32,000 nt of DNA from Haloquadratum walsbyi C23. Lineage in GTDB: Archaea > Halobacteriota > Halobacteria > Halobacteriales > Haloferacaceae. The notes below the pieces were generated by a model. That model was not told the origin of the DNA. It ran no database searches and saw only the letters and a list, made by a program, of their open reading frames with translations. Below, in pieces: positions 9,052 to 16,164 of this stretch. The DNA is taken from the NCBI RefSeq assembly GCF_000237865.1, contig NC_017459.1:2460001-2492000 (forward strand). Direction: 5' to 3'. Both the position numbers and the translations under genes were made by a program. How positions within the stretch are numbered: position 1 is the stretch's first letter; every line of letters begins with the position of its first letter.

Positions 9052-9311
9052 TGTTCATAATAGCGTTCGGGTCAGCTGTGGCGACCGTTTTCTCTCGGTT
9101 TCAGTGAAAGAAGCCGCCAACAGTTTCAGCGCCAGCGTGTTCCGCGAGTTCGGGGTTGTGAAAACGCATCGGTTCCGGAAACGTCTGGTTGATATCTTCC
9201 CGCGACAGGAGTAGTTTAGCCGGTGGACGGGCAGATCGTCGTCACGGTGAACCGTTCGGCGACATCTCCCGCGCCGCTACCAGTTTATGTATGGATACTC
9301 ACACGTAACGC

Positions 9312-9539
9312 ATGAGCAAGAACATCGCGATCAGCGACGACGTGTACCGCCGACTGAAACGCGAGAAAGGAGACCGGAGTTTCAGCGAGGTGATCGCCGA
9401 CAAACTCGACAGTGGCGGTGAGATCTCGGACGTCACCGGACAAGGCATCTTCAACGACGAAACGCCTGACAAGGTCGCCAACGAGATCGAGCGGTTGAGC
9501 GAGGGAACGATGGATCGAGTCACCGATGAAGATCTGTGA
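9312..9539 (+). CDS. VapB-family antitoxin
   Basis: MSKNIAISDDVYRRLKREKGDRSFSEVI is the typical N-terminus of the archaeal VapB antitoxin family. Its 3' end overlaps the start of a PIN ORF. Confidence 0.7.
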   Translation: MSKNIAISDDVYRRLKREKGDRSFSEVIADKLDSGGEISDVTGQGIFNDETPDKVANEIERLSEGTMDRVTDEDL

Positions 9540-9639
9540 CACGTCCGTCCTCGTCAATATCGACCGTGGCGGGGTCGACGAGAAAGTAGCTGCTCTTGAC
9601 GAAGCGGGCCGACACGCAATTAACAGGCGATCGACGTAA
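9526..9639 (+). pseudogene. VapC (PIN) toxin, truncated after 37 codons
   Basis: MKICDTSVLVNIDRGGVDEKVAALDEAGRHAINRRST*. The N-terminus is PIN-like (DTSVL), but the ORF stops where an AT-rich stretch (about 9640..9900) begins. Normal VapC proteins are about 130 aa. Confidence 0.5.
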
Positions 9640-10052
9640 TGACCGCGACGCGATTTGAAAATTAATTTCAATTCTGGAGGTAAGCGGTCTCTATTCGTGA
9701 TTCTCGGGGGGCGTGAGACGGTGAATGTGTGTTTTATATCTGAGTGGTGAGAATTGCTACATCAAGACTTCTTCCGGCTGATTTTGGAGTCCGGTAAGTC
9801 AGAAGAAAAAAATTCCTGCAGAGTGATAGGAGTCCTCAAACGCTGTCAAATCGCTGTAGACTTAGTGCACAGCTGTCTGAGTCCGTTATTTTCTTGTCAA
9901 GTCTTAGTTTTCAAAGGTTCTCTGAGCCATTATCTCGATCGCCTCCTCTCGCGGTTCGACATGCTCCCGATATCGCGACCGGTGACGACGATCTCAGTAT
10001 CGTTGAGGGCATCTGCCGAAATGATATAACGGTGGGTTCCGCACCACCACAT

Positions 10053-10328
10053 ATGACTATCGTCCGTGACGACAATGTTCTCGGCGGTGAACCCCGAATC
10101 AACGGGACGAGAGTCGGTGTTCGCCACGTCGCTGCCCGGGTGATCGACGGCGGTCAGTCACCCGCTCACGTCGCAGACCAGTTCGATCTCCCGCTTTCCG
10201 ACGTTTACGAGGCCCTATCGTACTACTACGGGCACATCAAAGAGATGCGTGATCTCGAACGAGAGAACGAAGCGGCATTCAACCGCGTTCGAGAGTTGTC
10301 CCTGAAGCCCAAAGAAACGGCTCAGTGA
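10053..10328 (+). CDS. DUF433-family putative antitoxin
   Basis: From the ATG at 10053: MTIVRDDNVLGGEPRINGTRVGVRHVAARVIDGGQSPAHVADQFDLPLSDVYEALSYYYGH. GTGA overlap with the downstream gene. Confidence 0.8.
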   Translation: MTIVRDDNVLGGEPRINGTRVGVRHVAARVIDGGQSPAHVADQFDLPLSDVYEALSYYYGHIKEMRDLERENEAAFNRVRELSLKPKETAQ

Positions 10329-10673
10329 CGACCGCTCAAATCCTTCTTGATGAACACGTCGGTCGCGTCTTCGATCGACTGCTCCGGAAACGCGGACACG
10401 AGGTTGAGCAGGCGAAAGATCGATTCGGCGAATACACGACTGACGACGCGCTGCTACAGTGGTGTGCGGACAACAGTGTTGTTCTCGTGACGAACAATGT
10501 TAGCGACTTCGAACCGCTACACCGAGGACACGACCATGGCAGGGATACTTCTCTGCTACGAGCAGGCGCTTCCAGACACCGATTCCGAGGGGCTCGCGAG
10601 GACTGTTGACGAGGTTTTTAACCAGTACGGAACGGATGGCGTTAAGAACGAACTGGTCGATATCGGCGAGTGA
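10325..10673 (+). pseudogene. DUF5615-type (Mut7-C/PIN-like) toxin gene with one frameshift
   Basis: Frame 1 reads MTTAQILLDEHVGRVFDRLLRKRGHEVEQAKD...VTNNVSDFEPLHRGHDH, then turns Arg-rich. Shifting by one nt at about 10538 gives AGILLCYEQALPDTDSEGLARTVDEVFNQYGTDGVKNELVDIGE*, ending at 10673. Confidence 0.7.
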
Positions 10674-11114
10674 TACGAGTGGCTTCACGAGTAGTACCAG
10701 TCCCGCCGCCGAGCCGCTGACCTCAGACCTTTGAACTTAGCCGCCTCACCCCTGAAAAGTTGATTCCTTCGACAGTCGAAACAGCGCGCTCCGCGTTCGT
10801 TCGCGGGGGTGCTTGTAGCCAATCACCTCACACACCTCGTCGATAAAAGAGCATTCCACACGGTGTATCCGAATCGCACACTTCTCTCGGCGTCGCACAG
10901 ACCGAAGACCGACTGCGCCTTCGTCGCGTTCATCGTCACCGTGTCAAGAGTTCGGACGATATCTTCTGGAGACCAGCCGAACGAAACCGACCGAACTCAC
11001 TACCCGCGCTGCCACGCCCTTCGGAAGCGCGATGGCGTCGAAGTCCCGAACCACGGCGTCGACGATACCGAGGTCGATATCGAGCTCCTATGTAACGTCT
11101 GGTCCTCCAGCGGG

Positions 11115-11586
11115 CAGTACGAGGGATACATCTTGTACCGAGTAAAATAGAGAGATGAACCCCCGTCAAACCGTCGTCACACACGTCGTACTGAGTAACA
11201 CTTGCCGGACCAGTCCAACGCAGTCAGTGTGACCCAGTTCAGCTAGGACGACACCCCGACCAGACTCTATGCTCACAGACACACCTCATACCGAGTGAGT
11301 TCCAACGAAAGCGAACATACCGGCGGTGGGCATAAGGAGGGAAGCTATCGCGTCCACCGGCTTCTGCGCTCACCTGAGATCGTCATGAAGGATCCCGATC
11401 GGCAGTAACGAGTCAGGCGCCCACGCCCACACTCAGTACGAGGTGTGTGTCTCCATGGCGCCAGCGACGATCAACCCGCATGACCAACACCAAACGGACG
11501 GTCAACGATCATCTGGGACGATGTGTGCGACTGCTGAAGGAATCCACTGTTGAGACCAGTAATCTCACTCGGTACCGAGTGTGTGT
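11115..11586. repeat. array of degenerate copies of a palindromic motif (best copy cactcggtaccgagtg) flanked by AC/GT runs, in non-coding DNA
   Basis: Copies: 11178..11197 cacacacgtcgtactgagta; 11278..11299 gacacacctcataccgagtgag; 11428..11451 cacactcagtacgaggtgtgtgtc; 11564..11586 ctcactcggtaccgagtgtgtgt, which contains a perfect 16-bp palindrome at 11566..11581. Half copies lie at 11115..11124 and 11135..11144. No convincing ORF spans the region. Confidence 0.6.
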
Positions 11587-11778
11587 ATATCCGTGCCAAG
11601 TGAATCGAAGTAACACCTGACACGGTGGGGTGTGAGGGCTGACTACTGCCCCAGTAAAAAAGGCACTCGACGCGGTGAGGTGTCAGGGGTTCGTCCCGCA
11701 TACTCACGAAAGTCGACTCAGGACATCACGAAGCCCGGTATAGACAGACGCGTCGATCGTCCCTGTCAACCCCATCGT

Positions 11779-12264
11779 TCAGACCGGAACCTCGTCTCGG
11801 TCGGTCGCCCAGTCGTACTCTTTCAGCGCTGTCTTCATAATCGCTAACCGGTCAGCGAGATGGTCCCACTCGCCGGCGATCTCACGCCGTCTCTCAGCTT
11901 CGTCAGGGGTATCGACGTCAGCGACACTCGCGAGGAGTTCACTCGGCGACTCGACGTCGTACTCGGCTTCCCACTCTGTGATCCGCGCCCGCATCGACTC
12001 TATGGCGTCGGCGAGTTCTTCCCGGTCGTGCTCGCGCTGGAGGGTTGCGACTTCGCGATAGCTCGACATCAGTTGATCGACGCAGTAGAGCGTCTGGCTC
12101 CCGCGGTCGGTCTTCTGTAAGACGTTGTCTTCGACGAGTTGATCGAGATACTTCTGGGCCGTCTTCGTCGTGGTTTCTGTTTCTTCGGCTACCCACGATG
12201 CGGTTCGGGGCGTTCGGAGCGTTCGCGCGACCGCACGAACTCGCCTTTCAGAAGCACGTAACAC
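11779..12264 (-). CDS. winged-helix DNA-binding protein with an acidic coiled-coil-like C-terminal domain (haloarchaeal family of unknown function); 5' end sits on a deletion junction
   Basis: Reads ...RTASWVAEETETTTKTAQKYLDQLVEDNVLQKTDRGSQTLY, then REHDREELADAIESMRARITEWEAEYDVESPSEL. Only a GTG at 12264 is available as a start, and it lies inside sequence still homologous to the aglF-like gene. Confidence 0.65.
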   Translation of the reverse strand: MLRASERRVRAVARTLRTPRTASWVAEETETTTKTAQKYLDQLVEDNVLQKTDRGSQTLYCVDQLMSSYREVATLQREHDREELADAIESMRARITEWEAEYDVESPSELLASVADVDTPDEAERRREIAGEWDHLADRLAIMKTALKEYDWATDRDEVPV

Positions 12265-12731
12265 CTGGTCGTGACGAGCGTCGACGACGGCTCGGCCGGT
12301 TTCTCGACCATCCCCGTCACGCGTCCCTGATCGTCCGTCTTGATCACGCCGGTCGTCGCTGCGACCTCTGGTGAGACCTCCTCCACCACGGGCGCGACGC
12401 TCCCTGCGAAGACATTGTCGCCGTTCAAAAGAAGAAAGATTCCGTCAACGTGCCGCTTCGTCTGAAGCACGGCGTGCCCGAGCCCCACCTGCTCGCGCTG
12501 GTGGACGTATGTGATCGGGACGCCCGCGAAGGCGTCACCGAACCGGTCGACAATCTGGGCCGCCTCGTGCCCGACGATCACGACTAGCTCATCACCCCCG
12601 GCGTTGACTGCCCTCTCGAAGACGTGCGCGAGCAGGGGTCGTCCCACGACCTCGACCAGCCCCTTCGGTCGGTCCGTCGTCAGTTCGCCGAGTCGACTCC
12701 CTCGCCCGGCGACCGGGGTGACCGCGTTCAT
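12255..12731 (-). pseudogene. AglF-like nucleotidyltransferase, copy C, 3'-truncated
   Basis: The ATG at 12731 gives MNAVTPVAGRGSRLGELTTDRPKGLVEVVGRPLLAHVFERAV...GVPITYVHQREQVGLGHAVLQ...VEKPAEPSSTLVTTRCYVL. Homology to copy A ends after YVL (about 12255). The ORF then reads through unrelated sequence to 12189. Confidence 0.8.
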
Positions 12732-12901
12732 ACGAGGACTGGGACACACCGGCAACCTCAATCCATTGATCATTAAGATACGCTCGTGTTGAGAAAACCA
12801 CAGAGCCTGTCGAACACGAGTTGATACCTCTCTTGGGGTAGTCTATATGCTGTTGTATACCACAACATCCATTATGATGTGGTACGAAACATCAAATATC
12901 G

Positions 12902-13222
12902 ATGGCACCCGACGACGTGCGTGTGTTGGAAGACACGGAACGGCGCTTTGCGGATGGCACCGTTCTCCGTGTCCGCGTGTTGAGCGTGCCGGAGTCGGAG
13001 AAATTCCCGGATGGTGTCAAGTACCGGCTTCATTTCGGTACTGAAGACGAGACGACGCTAATACGGTATGACAATTCCCACGGCGTCCACGAACGACACA
13101 CGTCCAATGGACTTGACGACGACTACCGATTTCCCGGCTACGGGGCGGTCCAAGAGCGCTTCTGGACAGAGATTGAACAGTTGCGCGAAGAAAAGCCATC
13201 ACAGGACAACAACAACCCATGA
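12902..13222 (+). CDS. TumE/DUF6516-like putative toxin (apparently intact)
   Basis: 106 aa. ATGA overlap with the downstream HTH gene. Paralogous to 4..207 and 14583..14888. Confidence 0.75.
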   Translation: MAPDDVRVLEDTERRFADGTVLRVRVLSVPESEKFPDGVKYRLHFGTEDETTLIRYDNSHGVHERHTSNGLDDDYRFPGYGAVQERFWTEIEQLREEKPSQDNNNP

Positions 13223-13623
13223 CACAAAACATCCTTATTGTGACTGTTGAATCGATCGGTGCCGTCCAGCAACGCACTTCTGAAGCATTCACGCAGGCAC
13301 TCACCGGCGACGCAGTTGGAGAGGAGGCTCCCTATCGTCTAAGTTTCGAAACTACCGACCAGCTGGCGCAGGTCTTCACACCGCGCGCTATCGACCTTCT
13401 TCAGGCGATTGCACAAGAAGAGCCCGCGAGCATCCGCGAGGCCGCTCGGGTCGTCGATCGAGACATCAAACAAGTTTCGGAAAATCTTGAACGGCTCGAA
13501 GGATACGATGTCGTTGAGTTCGTTGCTGAGGGGCGAGCCAAGCGTCCCATCGTCCCATACGACGAAATTGACATCCAACTCCCGCTCCGGGAGACTGCAG
13601 AGCGGGATGCTGCCTCGGTGTGA
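13219..13623 (+). CDS. HTH DNA-binding putative antitoxin (HVO_A0114-like family) partnered with TumE-like
   Basis: 134 aa with LTPRAIDLLQAIAQEEPASIREAARVVDRDIKQVSENLERLEGYDVVEFVAEGRAKRPIVPYDEIDIQL. Translationally coupled to the upstream ORF. Confidence 0.8.
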   Translation: MTQNILIVTVESIGAVQQRTSEAFTQALTGDAVGEEAPYRLSFETTDQLAQVFTPRAIDLLQAIAQEEPASIREAARVVDRDIKQVSENLERLEGYDVVEFVAEGRAKRPIVPYDEIDIQLPLRETAERDAASV

Positions 13624-13939
13624 TTCAAAATATATGTAACTATATCTGCTCACCTCGCAGGCGCGAGCGCTGTTTGATCGACACGACCTGTTCCCGGCGG
13701 TCGCCTGTCAGCGGCAGTACGCTTGTGTCGAGAAGACCGGTGAGGTCGCTGAATTCAAAGCGATGCCGCGGTCTGAGTCGGATCCCTCAATGGCTGAAGC
13801 CGTTGGCTTCTAGTTGTGTCTATGTCAATGATAGGGACATCGCTGCGGTAGAATCCTCGCCGTTCACTGAAGCGTTAGTGTGTCCGGAATAAGACTGAAC
13901 TCGTGGTTAGCGTACGTCTGATGGACGGACACGGCACGA

Positions 13940-14086
13940 TCGGGACCCCCGCGAAGGCGTCGCCGAACCGGTCGACAATCTGGGCCGCTTCGTACCTGAC
14001 AACAGTGACCAGCCCGTTGGTCGGTCTGCCGTCAGCTCGCCGAGTCGGCTGCCACGCCTGGCAGCGGGAATGACCGCGTCCGGCAC
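13940..14086 (-). pseudogene. AglF-like nucleotidyltransferase, fragment D with an internal deletion
   Basis: Reads (GTG)VPDAVIPAARRGSRLGELTADRPTG, then, after a deletion and frame change, LVTVVRYEAAQIVDRFGDAFAGVPI. Homology ends near 13940. Confidence 0.65.
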
Positions 14087-14173
14087 TATCACACATCACC
14101 TGTCTTAATCCGTCGGCAGGCTGATCGCATATTCTCAGCTGTCGTAGTCCAGACTGCAGTAGTCTAAACTACG

Positions 14174-14559
14174 TTACGGCGCTGCCGTGCCAACATTCTC
14201 ACTCGATCTCGCAAAAGAGATGTCAATTTCGAGACCGTCATACTTCAGTTTCGGTTTCTTGGCGGTGCCTGACCCGTCAGCTTTGAACTCGATAACACCG
14301 ATATCGTCAAGTTCAGAGAGGTTTCGATGAACCTGCTTGTAGTCCCGGTCTACCAGTTCGGCGGCTTCGCGGATGCTTTCAGGTTCATGTTTGGATATTA
14401 CCTCTAACAACTCCAAGTTCTTCGGACTGAGGAGCCGGCTAAGTTCAGTATCGGTTGGGCGTCATCAAGATCTTCACCCTCCTGAGCGGCTTTGATACGA
14501 CTACGTGTGCGTTGATCGAGGCGGTCACGTTCGCCGATGGTGACTTTGAGCGTGGGCAT
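14174..14559 (-). pseudogene. HTH putative antitoxin (same family as 13219..13623), frameshifted
   Basis: The ATG at 14559 gives MPTLKVTIGERDRLDQRTRSRIKAAQEGEDLDDAQPILNL, and that frame stops at 14404. The homologous C-terminal part (TELSRLLSPKNLELLEVISKHEPESIREAAELVDRDYKQVHRNLSELDDIGVIEF) is in another frame, open from 14461. One frameshift therefore lies between 14404 and 14461. Confidence 0.7.
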
Positions 14560-14582
14560 GGTGTGTTCTTCCTGGAAGCGTC

Positions 14583-14888
14583 CTACTCCGACCAGTCTAT
14601 CGGAACGGGCGTTATTTTTTCAACTTCACGCTTGAAGCGCTCGTAGAGCGTCAGCATTCCAGGGAACTGAATTACTTCAACATCGTTCCCAGTATGACGC
14701 TCGTTACCTTTCGTCCGTTCGTGAGCATTATTATAACGGAGGATGGTATCGCCGCCGACTCCTCCGAGGCGTAGACCGTAGTCCCGCCCGTTCGGGTATT
14801 TTTTAGCCTCCGTCTGCCGGATGGTCACACCGACAACATAGCCATCTTCGACATTCCTCTAATCTTCGACGGTAGCGTAGGACGCCAT
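14583..14888 (-). pseudogene. TumE/DUF6516-like putative toxin with an in-frame TAG near the 5' end (or a shortened GTG-initiated version from 14828)
   Basis: The ATG at 14888 gives MASYATVED*RNVEDGYVVGVTIRQTEAKKYPNGRDYGLRLGG..., with the TAG at 14859..14861. The N-terminal layout parallels MAPDDVRVLEDTERRFADGTVLRVRV of the intact paralogue. Confidence 0.55.
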
Positions 14889-14901
14889 CCGTCAATCTAT
14901 G

Positions 14902-15051
14902 TCATCGCCTCCATATGTATAGTCTTATGGACCCTACAACATAGGGTAGAACCGACTCAGACTGGTTCTGTGGAACCTGACTGCTGAGGTTTCTCTCCGT
15001 GTTGACGAGTACTTTCGCCACCTCGTACCTGCTGAAATCTCGCGTGACCAT
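14902..15051 (-). pseudogene. HicA-like toxin remnant
   Basis: 49-codon ORF below the track cutoff: MVTRDFSRYEVAKVLVNTERNL, then unrelated residues. The N-terminal roughly 20 aa resemble haloarchaeal HicA toxins. It lies 9 nt downstream of the HicB-like gene. Confidence 0.4.
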
Positions 15052-15059
15052 GCTGGTCG

Positions 15060-15332
15060 CTACTTGAGAATGTCCGGGAGCTCGCCGGTAGTGTTGTCCT
15101 CGGGGTCGATGCCCGCCTCTCGGAGCTCCTCATCGGTGGGCTGGTCGCCACGGTCGTTCTCCACGGCGTCGATGACGTCGTCGAGATTGTCGAGGGCGTC
15201 GTCACGGGTCTCGCCCTGCGTCGTCAGCCCGCGCCTCTCGTCGCGTGCGGTCCACCAGCCGTCGTCGTTCTGCGTGAGGGTGATCTTCGCGCTCGGGGTG
15301 TCGCTGTGGTTCGCGCTCGAATCGGTGCTCAT
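15060..15332 (-). CDS. HicB-like (UPF0150) antitoxin
   Basis: From the ATG at 15332: MSTDSSANHSDTPSAKITLTQNDDGWWTARDERRGLTTQGETRDDALDNLDDVIDAV. ATGA overlap with the upstream wHTH gene. Confidence 0.7.
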   Translation of the reverse strand: MSTDSSANHSDTPSAKITLTQNDDGWWTARDERRGLTTQGETRDDALDNLDDVIDAVENDRGDQPTDEELREAGIDPEDNTTGELPDILK

Positions 15333-15562
15333 GCTTCCTCCGTGACGCTCCAAGCGAGGGAGTTCCCGATCATGTCCTTCGTTACCTTCTCGTCTTCTTC
15401 GAGCTGGCGAAGCCGGTAGTCAGCGCTCGGGCGCTTGATCCCGAGTTCCTCAGCCACTTCGCTCGTGCCCGCCGGTTCGTGCGCTTGAACAGCATCGAGT
15501 ACCTCTTCCTCGGTGTGTTCCGGGGTATACCGGCCTCGCTCGTCTCGTTTAGTCTCACTCAT
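15329..15562 (-). CDS. small winged-helix DNA-binding protein, translationally coupled to hicB-like
   Basis: 77 aa with EEVLDAVQAHEPAGTSEVAEELGIKRPSADYRLRQLEEDEKVTK. A TATA-like tataaaaa lies about 56 nt upstream of the start. Confidence 0.65.
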   Translation of the reverse strand: MSETKRDERGRYTPEHTEEEVLDAVQAHEPAGTSEVAEELGIKRPSADYRLRQLEEDEKVTKDMIGNSLAWSVTEEA

Positions 15563-16164
15563 ACGAGTAGATACGTTGGCGGGGTGTAAAACCCATCTAC
15601 TGTGGAGTAGAAGGTCAATTTTTATACCCTACTCTATAGACGGAGCAGGGCGAGAACCCCGCCCTTGAGGTCTGTCTCTTACCCACAAATCGAGTCAGGA
15701 TTTTAGCGGAACGGGATCGGAATCGGCGAGCACGACTGAAATCCTCGGTATCCACAGTTTCAACACCTCTTTGGAACAATTGTAGTGGAGTTGATTACCG
15801 GCGTTTTGTCACCCCCACAGCCGATATCACTGTCTGAATCGCTTCTCACCTCGATTTTCTGCGTTCAAAATACTTCTGAGAGCGTCTGACACGTCCGGTT
15901 ACGACTCCATGAACTTATGAGTAAAAGACAGCCCTGAAGCGCCGGGCTTTCTCCTTGCTCTATATAATATACTTCTCTGAAAAATTATTGCTGTGTCCGT
16001 AGGTGGCTTGTCTCCTTAATACAGCGACAGGAACGACGATTATAAATGTTTGTTGCCACCCAAACCCATAGCCAGTATCGCGAGCGTTATGACATGTATC
16101 CAGCGCCGTTATCGATTACACAATATTTTAATGCGAGCGTTGTTACTCAGAGTTTGAGTAACTA

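Larger units (their letters stand above)
1..15600. other. GC-rich mosaic region, probably horizontally acquired and decayed plasmid/provirus-derived DNA, abutting lower-GC backbone
   Basis: Spot counts of G+C per 60-nt line: 40/60 at 8041..8100, 27/60 at 18901..18960, 22/60 at 3901..3960 (internal AT-rich islet). The region is dominated by TA modules, gene fragments and pseudogenes. The right boundary was placed by eye in the intergenic stretch after the gene ending at 15562. Confidence 0.5.

Noticed and set aside
9060-9230. Minus-strand fragment LLLSREDINQTFPEPMRFHNPELAEHAGAETVGGFFH*
   Set aside because: Its composition is protein-like, but it is short, has no start and has no family I recognise. 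It may be another gene remnant.
9754-10029. 91-aa plus-strand ORF in the AT-rich stretch, and the N-terminal extension of track ORF 9894..10328
   Set aside because: No protein-like features. The DUF433 homology begins only at the ATG at 10053.
10690-11110. Minus-strand protein-like pieces (ELDIDLGIVDAVVRDFDAIALPKGVAARVV / WSPEDIVRTLDTVTMNATKAQSVFGLCDAE / IRIHRVECSFIDEVCEVIGYKHPRERTRSALFRLSKE)
   Set aside because: It probably is a gene remnant, but it needs three frames and I cannot assign it to any family. I considered an integrase, but no R..HxxR..Y signature is visible. It is left unannotated.
13650-13800. Minus-strand fragment ...FEFSDLTGLLDTSVLPLTGDRREQVVSIKQ, resembling a PIN/VapC N-terminus
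   Set aside because: Only about 15 residues are suggestive (LLDTSVL). There is no start codon context and no partner antitoxin, so it is too short to call.
15640-15670. gggcg-agaaccc-cgccc stem-loop near the compositional boundary; considered as a tRNA 3' fragment (att site)
   Set aside because: The loop does not match a T-loop (no GTTCRAnnC). No acceptor or anticodon arms could be built around it.
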